This document shows positions 40,891 through 55,437 of a stretch of DNA of 64,000 nt, in pieces; position 1 is the first letter of the stretch, and every line of letters begins with the position of its first letter. The stretch lies in the NCBI RefSeq assembly GCF_006345805.1, contig NC_043004.1, positions 96,782,001 through 96,846,000 on the forward strand, written 5' to 3'. A model generated the notes under the pieces. It was given only the letters and a program-made list of their open reading frames with translations. It ran no database searches and was not told the DNA's origin. The stretch is from Octopus sinensis (lineage: Eukaryota). The translations under genes were made by a program, and so were the position numbers.

Positions 40891-41428
40891 GTGGAAAACC
40901 TCAATTCCAACTGCAAAAGACCAAAGCCCAATGAAACAAAATAATGAAAACAGATGTTAGTATGAAGTGTAAAATCTTCAGTCCCCACAATGTAACAATC
41001 GACCACTTTATCTCTCGTTGCCAAATCTTAAGTACAGTCACCAATCCAATAAAGTTAGCGCTTATTTCTCCTTGGTGTAATGCTGACTTAAGGGAGAAAT
41101 AGATATGATAAGCACTTATCCCAGCCATACCCAGTCAAAATAATCTACCTGTTTTATCTTCAAATTGGCCAGATCTGATTTCTTACACTTACACTATAAT
41201 ATTTGTCTACAAATAAACAATCATGTCTTTGAAATCTCAAAGGTACAAGATAATGAGTGACTAATTCATATCAGAGAAATCTGAATGCTAAAATGGGTTG
41301 AGAAAAAGGTTAACTTAGCCCCAAATATCTCGAATGTACCTGTTCAGATTGACAAGGTGATCAAGGAAAATCATCACAATATAATTACCTAAGTAAGAAA
41401 AGGAACAAAAAATCCGTTTTCATATAGA

Positions 41429-41585
41429 CATGGCTGTGTGGCAAGTAGCTAGCTTACCAACCAAATGGTTCTGGGTTCAGTCCCACTGCATGGCATCTTG
41501 GGAAAGTGTATTCTGCTATAGTCTCAGGCCGACCAAAGCCTTGTGAGTGGATTTGGTAGACAGAAACTGAAAGAAGCCTGTCGTA

Positions 41586-41633
<48 letters not shown>

Positions 41634-41840
41634 TGTGTGTGTATACGTTTGTGTGCCTGTCTTTGTCCCCCCAACATCACTTGCCAATGCTGGTGTGTTA
41701 TATCCTTGCGGTTCGGCAAAAGACACTGATAGAATAAGCACTAGGCTTGCAAAGAATAAGTCCTGGGGTCGATTTACTTGACTAAAGGCGGTGCTCCAGC
41801 AAGGCCACGGTCAAATGACTGAAATAAGGAAAAGAGTAAA
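41429..41840 (+). mobile_element. SINE family A copy
   Basis: Near full-length match. Confidence 0.85.
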
Positions 41841-42183
41841 TGACAATTTGATCTCTTCAGTTTAAATTATTGCCTGAGATTAAGTAGAGAAACAATTTAA
41901 GTGTACAATGCAGACATGCAAACCATTAACATAGTTCTCAGTAATATTCAGCATGACACAAAAGTTGACAAGGCAGGCCCCTTTGAATTTAATTAAAAGT
42001 ACAAATCATTTTTATCAGCTGAGTTTACTGGAGCAATACGAAATAAAAGTGTCTTGCTCTATGACACGATGTGCTGCCAGGAATTGAACTTACAACCTTA
42101 CAATCATGAGATGAATATGCTAACCACTCAGCTATGCACTTTCGTTAATGATAACTGAGATGATAAACAGAAACATGAGCAAA

Positions 42184-42612
42184 GGCGTAGGAGTGGCTGT
42201 GTGGTAATCCGTTTTCATATAGACATGGCTGTGTGGTAAGTAGCTTGCTTACCAACCACATGGTTCCGGGTTCATTCCCACTGCATGGCACTTTGGGTAA
42301 GTGTCTTCTACTATAGCCTCGGGCTGACCAAAGCTTTGTGAGTGTATTTGGTAGACGGAAACTGAAAGAAGCCCGTCGTATATATGTATATGTGTATATA
42401 TATGTGTCTGTGTTTGTCCCCCCAACATCGCTTGACAACCGATGCTGGTGTGTTTATGTCCCCATAACTTAGCGGTTCGGCAAAATAGACTGATAGAATA
42501 AGTACTAGGCTTACAAAGAATAAGTCCTGGGGGTCGATTTGCTCGACTAAAGGCGGTGCTCCAGCATGGCCACAGTCAAATGACTGAAACAAGTAAAAGA
42601 GTAAAAGAGTAA
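42184..42612 (+). mobile_element. SINE family A copy with insertion in head
   Basis: Full-length match. Confidence 0.85.
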
Positions 42613-42924
42613 AAGGTATGTAAAGCAGACCAGTGTTCACAACATCGCATGCAGCAGCCCCAGAAGTCTATTCCCATTAATGACATCTTGCATGCTACAC
42701 AACACACTTTCCATTCGTTTGTGTACAGAAATTGTATTCAGTACATTCTCTGCACTCAAATTATATATACAACACGTCAAACACCAAATAAAATAACACA
42801 ACTTACACAACACACATGCTCTTATATATTCAATGCCTAACACTATAATATCAACGAATCAATACTCAACTCATATTCTACTCAGATACCATGTAATATA
42901 GCCTGCAAAACACATACTCTACAG

Positions 42925-43143
42925 CAGTGCTTTTCAAACTTTTTGCTGGAGCAGAACCCCAAGGAAACATTCCACTGGCTCGATGAACCCCTGTGCAATA
43001 ATTTAATAGTCTTATGCACACATATCTGCACAGGAGAATTAAAAATTACTGCCGATGTTAGCAGTTTTGTAACTTCTTGCGGAACCCCTGGACTGTACTA
43101 GCAGAACGCTAAGGTTCTGCGGAACCCTGGTTGAAAACCACTG
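42925..43143. mobile_element. hAT (Charlie-like) MITE
   Basis: TIRs CAGTGCTTTTCAA / TTGAAAACCACTG; perfect 8-bp TSD CTCTACAG at 42917-42924 and 43144-43151. Confidence 0.93.
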
Positions 43144-43325
43144 CTCTACAGAATCACTATCTGACACCGAAACCCTTAACAAAAGCTGCTGAAAACATGC
43201 AACACATGAGCACCATACTATAAAATGAGACAACTCATATTGCACATAACTTAATCAAAATACAACACAGTCAAATTATTCCAGAAATGACGAACCCCAT
43301 CCCACAACAAAGCCATATAATTATT

Positions 43326-43515
43326 CATCATCATCATCATCGTCGTTTAACGTCCGTTTTCCGCGCTAGCACGGATTGGACGGTTCGACCGGGGTCTGGG
43401 AAGCCAGGGGCTGCACCAGGCTCCAGTCTGATCTGGTAGAGTTTCTACAGCTGGATGCCCTTCCTAACGCCAACCACTCCGCGAGTGTAGTGGATGCTTT
43501 TTACGTGCCACCTGT
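43326..43515 (-). mobile_element. RTE 3' tail copy
   Basis: Matches 1395-1646. Confidence 0.85.
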
Positions 43516-44229
43516 ATGAAAAAAACACATAACTATATCTATGAGTGGAGATGCTGCACACTTATCTGGGACCTGGAAGAAAACTCATTGGTGTAGTTGA
43601 AACAAGCATGAAACTACCACAAACGTAAAGATTACAAAAACCATGAAACATTAAGTTATCAATTATTCAACTCACAAGAAACTTTGTTTACATACCTTTC
43701 TGCAGTGAGATTAACCAGTCAGTCTCCTTGAAGGTTCCGGCCGTAATCTGCCATTATGTGCATCACACTTTCCCTAGAGCCTCTTTTCCATTGTTTTATA
43801 ACCTGATGAAATCCTTCTCCTTGTTTTGTTTTTTTTTCTTCTATATAAATCAACAAGATTTTGTTTTTTTTTTCTGGAAAGCAATCCAAGTGATTGCACA
43901 TGTTACAGTGAAGCTTGATAAAACTGGAGATCAATCTTCACTATGAATTCAAAATAGTTCTATGGCTTATGGTTGATTATAAAGTTTTTAACAACAGAAA
44001 TACACAAATATCCAACAAAGGATTTATTTTGTCTATTGTATACATGAAATGTGAACCTTTTATAAAATCATTTATTTGGGGACCAAATCTGTGGGATTGT
44101 TGTTGTTTAGTCCAGTGAATTTACTGCAAAAATAGCGAAGTGGAAATTAGAGCAAAAGTATTTAAAAAACTAAAGGAAGTATTAAACTGGTTTAGTAAAG
44201 TGTGCTTATTTTAATTGAGAATTAAAGCA

Positions 44230-44537
44230 ATAAAAGCACCATCCAAACGTGGCTGATGCCAGCGCCACCTTGGCTGACTTCCGTGCTGGTGGCACGTTAA
44301 AAGCACCAACCGATCATGGCCGATGCCAGACTCCTCTGGCACCTGTGCAGGTGGCATGTAAAAAGCACCCACTATACTCGTGGAGTGGTTGGCGTTAGGA
44401 AGGGCATCCAGCTGTAGAAATACTGCCAGATCAGACTGGAGCCTGGTGCAGCCCCTGGCTTCCCAGACCCCGGTCGAACTGTCCAACCTGTGCTAGCGTG
44501 GAAAACGGACGTTAAACGATGATGATGATGATGATGA
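44230..44537 (+). mobile_element. RTE 3' tail copy
   Basis: Matches 37550-37848. Confidence 0.85.
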
Positions 44538-44892
44538 ATGAAATATAGATGGCATTAATATTGTTGATATTTTTGTATCAAACTAGCAGTTTATTTATTA
44601 ATTAGTAAGGTGAGAGTGAAGCCAATGGCATCCCAAATATACTCAAGAATAGACCAGGGCCCCTGTTTTCAGTGCATGAGACAGTATATCAGCATATAAA
44701 ATGTTATGCAATACCTTTAAAACTAGAGCTGGTAAGGGAAAACTTATGGTCTCTTTGGAATAAGAACCTCAACTATTAGTTATAACTTCCAAAGCACCAG
44801 CATGTGCAGTTGCTAAATGAAGGCCATTCAGTTTTGGTATAAGTCTACAAATTTGGTTTATGGTCTTGTTGAATGAATCTTTCACAGTATTT

Positions 44893-45110
44893 CATCATCA
44901 TCATCATCATCGTTTACCGTCCGTTTTCCATGCTAGCATGGGTTGGACGGTTCAACTGGGGTCTGGGAAGCCAAGAGGCTGCACCAGGCCCAGTCTGATC
45001 TGGCAGTGTTTCTACAGCTGGATGCCCTTCCTAACGCCATCCAGCTGTAGAAACACTGCCAGATCAGACTGGGCCTGGCGCAGCCTCCTGGCTTCCCAGA
45101 CCCCAGTTGA
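44893..45110 (-). mobile_element. RTE 3' tail with 73-bp fold-back duplication
   Basis: Arms 44952-45024 and 45038-45110, 2 mismatches. Confidence 0.9.
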
Positions 45111-45149
45111 GTATTTGAATTGTACTATTTTATTGTCCCTGAAGTGAAA

Positions 45150-45930
45150 GATCATGAGAGTCGGGCAATAATTTACTGCTGAACTGATGTTGTCTTTTGT
45201 CAGGACTATTTGCTGTTTCAGGAAGAGCTTCTGTTTAGTCCATTTTTCAGTGAGCCTGGTCATGTTGTTGGTTTTGTCTACCGGGAGGTTCAGTCCAAAC
45301 CAGATCCCAAATACCTTATCTAGACCCTTGGTCCAGCAACAGGAACAGGAACAGTTGCCTTGCAGCATGAACTTGCCCTTCTTGGTGCTAAACTTCAATC
45401 TCATTTGCATATTCTTGACAATGTAAGCTCTCGATACTTCTTTGTAATTCTCCAGTATAATGTTGATAACTAGATTTCTGATGTATCTGATACCATCATG
45501 ATGAGGTCATCCACATAAGACATTGCTCTCCTGAAGGAGTGAAATGGACTTCAAAGTCTCCAACCACTATAGCAATGGCTTGGACTCCAAAACATAATGA
45601 TAGAGACAAGAGGGACATCCTTAGTGAGCTGAGAATAGGATGTAGAACAGTTCCAATAGATGGCCACTTAGTTTTATCAATGAACAGATGCCTCAGTTCC
45701 TTTTAGTGATCCAACCAGGGAAGATAGGGTCTAAATCCACTTTACTGCTACTTAGTATTGATGGGTGACCCTGTCAAAAGCTTTCAATTGACCTAAATTG
45801 GATCTAATGCCAATTTACTCCATGATATATTGCATGAAATGGAGATTGTCATACATAGATCAGTTAGAGACTGTGTAAGTTTGTGAGCCTGAAACTACAC
45901 TGATGATGATAAAGGCAAAAAATCTTGATG
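45150..45930 (-). mobile_element. L1/Tx1-type LINE reverse transcriptase fragment (decayed)
   Basis: SMYDNLHFMQYIME, NLGQLKAFDRVTHQY, GCP, SYVDDL, KVFGIWFG, KWTKQKLFLK. Confidence 0.85.
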
Positions 45931-47084
45931 AACAAGATAATAGTAACTAATTTCTGATAATGGTATAAGAAAACAAATAATTTTTCAAAGAGAACTCAAA
46001 TGATTTTATGAATCCTGAAAAGAAGAAACGCAAAGTTGATCTTAGCATAATATGAACTCAGAACATAAAGAGGTGTAACTAAATACTGCAAGGCTTTTTC
46101 TCTGCTGCCATTCCATCAATTCTGCTCTCCACTGCCTTAATAACATGGTAATAGTGATAAATATATGAAAAAGAAAAGGCTAATATCTTCAGGAAGTATG
46201 ATGCCTCTACAACAAAATCCAATAGCCACATCAATGTCGACTATAACATGATTTTGGATAAAATGAGATCTGGTGTTGCTATGATAATTTGATTTATTCA
46301 GACTGTCAGAGATGAAGATAGTTTGAATAAATCAAGTTGTTTTTATTAACAAAATAAATGCAAAAAAAAAAGGAGAAATATCCAACAAACTTGATGATAT
46401 TTCAATAAAATGTTTGTTGATTTTTCTGAGAATACATTCAATGTTTTTACATCCTGCCATCAGTGGGTGATCAGCAGAATGATATCAGTGTACAACAACA
46501 ACAAAAATAATAATAACAACAACAAAACCATCAATAACAATTACTACAACAACAGAAAAATCTATTTCAATACTGGTTTCTAATTGCATCCATAAAAACT
46601 TTATGGAATGCATTTAATTTAAGAAGATAATAATCACTGATGTCGGGTGTCTGGATGGTAGGGACAATTATTCTGAGTATTTAAATCATGTGAGGTATCA
46701 CTAGTTATGCTGAACTATTCCATCTGTAAAATTTGTCTTCATATATATATTTGGATATTTGGTTTTATTTTAAATATAAATAGCATGGAACATGACCGTT
46801 AAATGGTGATGATGTTGATGGGAATTGCAAAATAGGATGTAAAACAACACAGTATACATGACAGAGTAATCCTAAAAGTGTTTAAAATCTATAAAACATA
46901 AAGTTTTTCATTGCACTGATGTCTGATAATTTCAGCATGTTTCTCTATGATGATAATTTTTGATATTGGGTATAGGGTACAATCATTTTAATTGAGCCCA
47001 GTGCATGACTAGTAGATAAGCTATCTACTCTGAAGAAATGAAAATATTTGAATTCAGAATATTTTGGAACAAAAATTAACATTA

Positions 47085-47503
47085 GGCGTAGGAGTGGCTG
47101 TGTGGTAAGTAGCTTGTTTACGAACCACATGGTTCCGGGTTCAGTCCCACCGCGTGGCACCTTGGGCAAGTGTCTTCTACTATAGCCTCAGGCCGACCAA
47201 AGCCTTGTGAGTGGATTTGGTAGACGGAAACTGAAAGAAGCCTGTCGTATATATGTATATATATATATATATATGTATGTGTTTGTGTGTCTGTGTCTGT
47301 CCTCCTAGCATTGCTTGACAACCGATGCTGGTGTGTTTACGTCCCCGTCACTTAGCGGTTCGGCAAAAAGAGACCAATAGAATAAGTACTGGGCTTACAA
47401 AGAATAAGTCCCGGGGTCGATTTGCTCGACTAAAGGCAGTGCTCCAGCATGGCCGCAGTCAAATGACTGAAACAAGTAAAAGAGTAAAAGAGTCAAAAAG
47501 AGT
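47085..47503 (+). mobile_element. SINE family A copy
   Basis: Full-length, near consensus. Confidence 0.88.
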
Positions 47504-47819
47504 ATGATTGATATAATAATAATTGCACGTGTGTCAGTGGTCAAATGGATAAAAGTATTAATATTATACTAAGCTTAAAATTAAAGGTTCTTTGTTCAAG
47601 TCCAATCTGGAATTATGTATATAACCAAGAATAAAACATCTAATAATAGTGGTCAACACAATTAAAAATCTAAAGAAGCTAAAATTTGTAATTATGCATT
47701 ATAAAGATAGGATAAATAATCTAGTATAGGAGGTGCACTGCATGACCATTCTCATTTTTTCATCCTTGATTTCCAGACCAGTAGCAAAGTGAGCCAAAAT
47801 GCTATAGAATGACAAAAGT

Positions 47820-48411
<592 letters not shown>

Positions 48412-49417
48412 TACCACCATACTTTGTAGAAGGCATTTCACAGAGTTGTTGCTGGGTATCCACTTTTTGTCAATGGAAATTTGGCCATTTATAGTTGGTT
48501 TTCCTCTGCATACTATACTGAAAATTCAGTCTTCACATACATAGAGTGAAAGCCCATAAAGAATTTTACTTAGAGTTTAAACTTCATTGGCTGCCCTCAG
48601 ACTCTTTTAGCCAGCCTGCCAATGCTATTGGCAGAAGATGGTGCACGACTAGTTGCAGACATTTCATGGATATACAACTGAAAGATAGGCACCCAGAAGA
48701 GGGAGATAGTGGCAGATGAACTGTTCTGGAAAATAGTTGGTAGAAGTACCTTCAAAAGTTTTACTTTTCCTTTATACCCTTTACTTCACTATAGCCCAAG
48801 TCCAGCACAAGTCAAAACTTCCTTGGAACTACAAACAGATCGCAGAATTTTCATTGCATTGGCCAGGGTATCAAGTCCCTCCAGTAGTTTCCTAACTCAT
48901 AAGTGTATAAAATATAAAATGTATAATATTGTATAAAACAGGGTCCTCTAGCAACTTATGCAAATATGTCCTTTGTTGGTGGGCCAATGAAGGACAAACA
49001 AGTAAAAGAAAAAGTTTGGAATATGATGCAGTTATACACCACATTGAAATATCAAAGAAGCAAAATATTCTTACGTATTTAGTCTGAAACTCTAGTAATT
49101 CTGGTGCTCTGCTGCTCCTTATTTTCAAATCACTCATAAAAAAGATGTAATGAATTTCGTTCCCGGGATTTTAAGAAGACCAGACTTCAGTTCCAATCGG
49201 TAAAAGTTGATATCTTAGCACGATTATTAAGGAGTGAAGCTACTGAATAAACCATGCAAAAACTGAATGTATCATGCAATAACTTGCTGATAATCTATAT
49301 GTTGTGAACACTACAAAAGAGATGTGTCATATGAATTAACTATCTACTTGCCATGCTATAAACCTCGTGCATATCTCTTGATTCATAGTCAGACAGACCA
49401 TGAATTAAACAAAATTA

Positions 49418-49588
49418 TGTTTCTTTGTTACTCACAAGTGGCTAAACATAGAGGGGACAAACAAGGACAGACAAACGAACCAAGTCGATTGCATCGACCC
49501 CAGTGCGCAACTGGCACTTAATTTATTGATCCCGAAAGGATGAAAGGCAAAGTCGCCCTGGGCGGAATTTGAACTCAGAACGTAACGG
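49418..49588 (-). mobile_element. SINE family B, partial
   Basis: Matches the body unit. Confidence 0.8.
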
Positions 49589-50096
49589 ATATTTACAGTG
49601 GATTTCTTCAATTTAGTATTGCTAGTTGAATATTTTTCGTACTTCGCTATTTTGTTTCTAGATTTTTTTTTGTTTTTAACAAAATTGTTAATTCTATATG
49701 TTCCGCAAGCAAGGTGTTGCTTGTTATATTGTTACCTGTTTTGTTCCATAATATACGTTAGACTTCAAGGCATGCAACTCAGAACTTGTGCAGACAACCT
49801 ATCTATGAAAGCACCTACATTAGAAATACATCATAACTGCCTGGAAAAGGGACCAAGTAGATCAGTGTCTATTCTCTGAAACTTTTAAGAGAATTAAAGT
49901 ATGATAAATAAATCCAAACTTTGATGTAATGTCCCACTTAAGCAATATTTCTCTTCAAGAATACCAAGGTACTGAGATGAACTGACATGAAGCTAAAAAT
50001 GGCCAGGAACTTTGTAAAGACATTCTTAGATTTACAGTAGCAACTGTTAATAAACTAAGTGCTCCAGTGAAACAAAAATAACTCATAATCTTCTCA

Positions 50097-50113
50097 AAAT
50101 AATAATAATAATG

Positions 50114-50166
<53 letters not shown>

Positions 50167-50307
50167 TAATAATAATGATAATAATAATAATAATAATAAT
50201 GACAAGAACAACAATGCTGGGGTTCCACAGACAAAGGTGTATAAACATATTCATGCATATATACATATTATTGTATATATATGTAATATATATATATGTA
50301 TATATAC

Positions 50308-50367
<60 letters not shown>

Positions 50368-50370
50368 ATA

Positions 50371-50426
<56 letters not shown>

Positions 50427-50470
50427 TATAAACATATACACACATATATATATATATATACATATATATG
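50097..50470. repeat. (TAA)n and (TA)n microsatellites
   Basis: Directly visible. Confidence 0.95.
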
Positions 50471-51569
50471 AAAGGTAGCTATCATTTGAAAAAATAAATG
50501 CACTCCCCTAAGGTAAAAAGCTTGATTCGTCTGTAGTTCTCATTTATCCAGATAAACAAATAAACATTTTCCAATTAATTCATCGTATAGCTTTATATTA
50601 TGGAAAAAGATATGAAGAAATAGAAATGTAAAACATAAAATTAAATAAAAATATATAGTTTCCGATTTGTTTGTTTACAGGTGATGGTCTTTTTCGGATT
50701 TTTAGTACAACTGTTAATGAGCAATTATTTTTACATGAGAATGGCACATCTTGAGACAAAATGTCTCTGTCATCTTTTAAAGAAGCCAGGCAGTAAGTCT
50801 ATATCATTAATTTCCATTTGAAGCAATGCTTGTCTGTTTAATTGGGTAGCTTTCAAACACCTTCCAAGACCGACCAATAGCTGTAACTGGAACCAATGCC
50901 AAATCAACTTGTATCTGCTTACAGATAATTTGTAAAGAACTCTTTGAATGGTTTTATCATGGTAGTTGCAATGTACTCAAATTTGTTCTGTCTGCTACTT
51001 CACTGTGTTTACCATATGCTTATTATATATCCCATTATTAATAGCAATGGTTGTGTGGTTAAGAAGTTAGCCTTGGAACTTTGTGTTCCTTGGATCGATC
51101 CAAACATGTGGCATCTTGTGCAAGTGCTTTCATATTGACTATTGCTTCATATTGTGGAAATTGGCAGCTGGAAAGTGTATGAAAACCTGATGCACACAAA
51201 CACACATACGCATTTTTGTGCTTGTGCATGATAATATAAATAGTTTGAGTTATTTATATCACAACAGTGAGATAAATGCCTAAAAGGGACAGATATCAAT
51301 AAGTAAATTCAACCATTTATTAACAAAAATATAAGGAGAACAATACTAAGCAATGGGTTCAATATAACCTGCTAAAACCCTTAGAGGTTGTCTTCTAGTA
51401 TGGTTACAGTCCAATACCTGTAACCAAAAGAAAAGAATATTTCTTCTTAAAAGTGTTTAAGATACGACAAATACATGCATGTATGCTGCTTTAGGCAGGG
51501 TCATTCGAAACAAATTCATTATTGTACCTTTAGATTCTAGTTTTGTTTTCTTTAATATTTCTTTTGGGT

Positions 51570-51858
51570 GGAGGCACATGGCCAAGTGGTTAGAGAAGCG
51601 GACTCAAACCGGGCAATGTGTGCGCTTATGAGCGATGTGTTTATGAGCGAAACACCTAAGCTCCACGCAGCTCCGGCAGAAGATAATGGCGAACTTCTGC
51701 CGACTCTTTCGCCACAACTTTCTCTCACTCTTTCCTCCTGCATCTTGCAGCTCACCTGCGACGGACCGGCGTCTCGTCCAGGTGGGGAACCTATACGCCA
51801 AGGAAACTGGGAAACCGGCCCTTACGAGCCAGGCATAGCTAGAGAAGGAACAAACAAG
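51570..51858 (+). mobile_element. SINE family C copy (B-box region deleted)
   Basis: Matches the reverse complement of 34190-34500. Confidence 0.85.
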
Positions 51859-52191
51859 TATTAGTTGAGTAAATCGTTTTTATTGATTTCATGAGTGGGA
51901 AAGGCAAATCCGATTCGGGTATAAAGTGATGTAACGAGAACAAATATTAGTAAGCAATTTGTTTGATAAACCGGTTCTGTCCTTACCGCCAGGCACATTA
52001 AACACACACACGTGCTTACACACCTACACCACTTTTTTTTTCTCACGTTTTTCCCTTTTAAAATATTTCTTTTTACAGTAATTTATACGCTGGAGGAGGG
52101 CTGAGGGTTTGTTTTTACTGTAAATTCTCTTTTCTTCCAACAAAGAAAAAGAAAGGGATTTTTCATTGATGCCACCGGTATAATTCAGACA

Positions 52192-52450
52192 CGGGGTCAT
52201 TCCGAAAAGCTCTATCTGCGACGATTTCATCTCAATCGAAGGAGAGGGGCTTTCTCCGTCCGGGTTGCGGATCCGTGGAATAAGCTGCCGGACGAGATGG
52301 TGAAGATGCCGACGACCGCTCGGTTCAAAGTCTCCCTTGACCACAAGTGGCCTGAACTCTTTACATGAACCCCACCCTGTACATAACTCCATGTCCCCCT
52401 ACATGGCCTTGCTTTTTGCTTTTTGAGCCAAAAAATTAACTAACTAACCA
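52192..52450 (+). mobile_element. CR1-type LINE 3' end, little decayed
   Basis: RGHSEKLYLRRFHLNRRRGAFSVRVADPWNKLPDEMV...FKVSLD, stop at 52366-52368, (AACT)n tail. Confidence 0.9.
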
Positions 52451-52538
52451 CTACGAAGCCTATTTAAAAGGAAAATGAATTTTTAAAACTGTGTGCTAGC
52501 CAACTGCCACAACGTGTTCCATACTACAATACTGCATA

Positions 52539-52759
52539 TATGAGGGAGCCCTGAAAGATTCCTGGCTTCAAGGGTGTTGCAAAAGGCCTGGTTGGAGGCC
52601 CAACATTCCAAGTTCTTTTACAGGGCTTAGAAAATCTGAATGACTGCAACAGTAATTGTGAGAATCTAAGACAAGAATATGTTCAATAAAATCATAATTA
52701 ACTGATTCTCCTCAGTTTTCTTTTACCTAAAGCCAGCAACTTTTCAGCACCCCCTCGTA
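52539..52759 (+). mobile_element. Mariner-derived MITE
   Basis: Imperfect TIR TA(C/T)GAGGG...CTGAAA...TGGCTT at both ends, TA termini, internal remnant of a transposase C-terminus. Confidence 0.8.
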
Positions 52760-52859
52760 GGTGACTTTGACCTTCAGTCTAGTAATGTTCATATTATTCC
52801 AGATCTACAAGTGATAGAATGAACGTATGTTTGTGCCCTTTGCAATTTGCTACAAGTTG

Positions 52860-53330
52860 AAGTGATATGTCTGTGTGAAATTCTATATTAAAATGGAGAA
52901 AAATGTTTACGGAAACGTTTTTAATATTTCAACGGGGTTATAGGGAGAATTTGTTGATCGAGTTACACTGTTCGAAGTTGTACAAGTAATTCATATCGGA
53001 AAGGTCATTCACCAGGAAAGGTCATAAATCTAGACGACATTCCATAAAACGCACGACAATCACGTTGCGCAATTGTGTGCTGTGGTCCGTGAAAAGAGCT
53101 TCCTGGCTGTCTGTAAAATTTCCGAAAAATCTAAAAGTTCGTGTTGCATGATTTTAAAAGAAAAACTAAGGTTGCATCATGTAATCGCAAAATCTGTGCC
53201 ACATCCGCTTACTGATGAACAACCCACAGACGCAATTAGTCGGAAATTCTTTGATCGTTCAAGGGGTGTTGTAAACTTCTGGAAGTCACTCAAATATAAA
53301 GTTGATGTTGATTGTCTTTTTTTTATTGGA
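52860..53330 (+). mobile_element. Mariner transposase N-terminal relic
   Basis: CVKFYIKMEK, CCMILKEKLRLHHVIAKSVPHPLTDEQ (cf ILxExLGMRRVxAKFVPRLLTDEQ). Confidence 0.75.
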
Positions 53331-53444
53331 ATTGTGATGTTCCTCATATGTTTGTTCTTCGCGTTTAGATGGTCAAGAGTAGCTTTATTGAGATGTGCTG
53401 GGGCGTTTGAGAGAAGCATTACGAAAGAATAGGCTTGGGATATA

Positions 53445-53861
53445 TATCTCTTTACTACCCACAAGTGGCTAAACACAGAGAGGACAAACAAGGACAGACA
53501 AAGGGATTAAGTCGATTACATCGACCCCAGTGCGTAACTGGTACTTAATTTATCGACTCCGAAAGGATGAAAGGCAAAGTCGACCTCGGCGGAATTTGAA
53601 CTCAGAACGCCGCGGCGGACGAAATACCTATTTCTTTATTACCCACAAGGGGCTAAACATAGAGGGGACAAACAAGGACAGACATAGGTATTAAGTCGAT
53701 TACATCGACCCCAGTGCGTAACTGGTACTTAATTTATCGACCCCGAAAGGATGAAAGGCAAAGTCGACCTCGGCGGAATTTGAACTCAGAACGCAGCGGC
53801 GGACGAAATACCGCAAAGCATTTCGCCCGGCGTGCTAACGATTCTGCCAGCTCGCCGCCTT
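53445..53861 (-). mobile_element. SINE family B tandem dimer
   Basis: Two near-identical ~185-bp units plus one head. Confidence 0.9.
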
Positions 53862-55014
53862 GACAGGCTTGAAATATAGAGAAACAAAACTTGTATGTTA
53901 CACCATCACCACAAACCTACTCATGAGTCATTATCTACTTGTAAATCAATGGTAAATCACATGATGTCATTTGCTTCACTGCCATTTTAGACTCTCTGTG
54001 TTTGACCCCTACAACTTTTGTTTTGCTCTCCATGTTGCAGAAAATATTTTGAAAGAATATTGAATTTGGCTGGTAAAAGAGAACATGAAAGTGACTACGA
54101 AAATTATGCACCCCACAATGCATTGTCATACCGTAGAAGCATTGAAAGTGGTTTAAATATAGTGGAGAGAACTATTTTGGAGAAGGCTACTCAGAGTTAA
54201 TTGTAAGTAAAGATTTTAAAAAATTAAGTTTGATTTCTATTTTGAAGGACCTCACACATGCATGCACATAAATACATATATTTATTCATTCATGCACACA
54301 CATAAACATTCATTCATACATTCACACATATAAATATAGAAAACGAAAGTAAAAACTTGGTGGAGGCACTTTCTGCTGATTTTTGCTTTCTAAATTTCGC
54401 TCGCAAGTGTATTGTAGAAGACACTTGCACGCAGTTCCAATTAGTGCGATTTTCTCCCAAACCACTTGACTGCTATGCAAACTTCTTAAATGCTCATCTA
54501 AACTGGCCCTCTTGAAAGAAGGAACTGTTTATCTTAACCAGTAACAAAGAAGAATTTTTTTATATATCAGCAACAAAATATACATCCAAAATCTAACAGT
54601 CAAACAATCCTTCAATTCTTTCTTGTTAGTTCTTTTTCTAATATACTCATTCACTCACTCGCTCTTTCACTCACTCACTCGCTCTTTCACTCACTCACTC
54701 ACTCAATCAATCACACACACACACTCTCTCTTTCTCTCTCTCCCCTCTATCGTAAAAAATCCACTATTCACCACACTTTATGTAGCATGTCGAGAATACA
54801 TACACAAACACACATACACACACATGCACACGCACACACGCACACATACATATCTTTCAATACCATAATCAGTTGATTAGTCAAAGGTTAACTCATATCA
54901 AACTACTTTTTCAAATATATTTGAGTATAAGTATACTTGGATAAGTACACATATTTATGCAATTGCAAAACGAAGTTGTCCATAGTTAGAGGGGCATTTA
55001 TAGAGATGACAGCC

Positions 55015-55425
55015 TGCTAGATCATTATGATCGCAATCCCCAATGAGCAAAGAAAATTTGATAAAATTTACACCATGGATTTTAAAACCCACGAATTTAA
55101 GATTACTACAAATTGCAGACATCACAGTTATTAATTTTCTGGATGCGTGCTTAAATCTGAATAACTCTCTTTATTACCCAAAAGGCAAACTAAATGGAAA
55201 GTTTAATTGCTTTCTCAGACAATCCATTTCCCCTAAAAATATATGCAGCATAAGTAAATAATCTCACGCAGTCTCTTAAAACGTTTAGCCAATGAACAAA
55301 TAATTCCTCTATTTTACGATGATGCTCCGTCCAAAAGTAGATTGAAAGAAAACAGTACCACTGGGTAGAGACTACACAATCCATAATCAATGAAACTAGG
55401 AAACAGAATATTATTTGGTACACCC
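55015..55425 (+). mobile_element. Penelope-like RT fragment, duplicated at 57310-57710
   Basis: ADITVINFLDACLNLNNSLYYPK (cf NFLDVTLNLNxxxYxP). Confidence 0.6.
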
Positions 55426-55437
55426 AGGATTAATATT

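Noticed and set aside
52024-52392. 122-aa minus-strand ORF
   Set aside because: Antisense of the CR1 ORF2 C-terminus on plus
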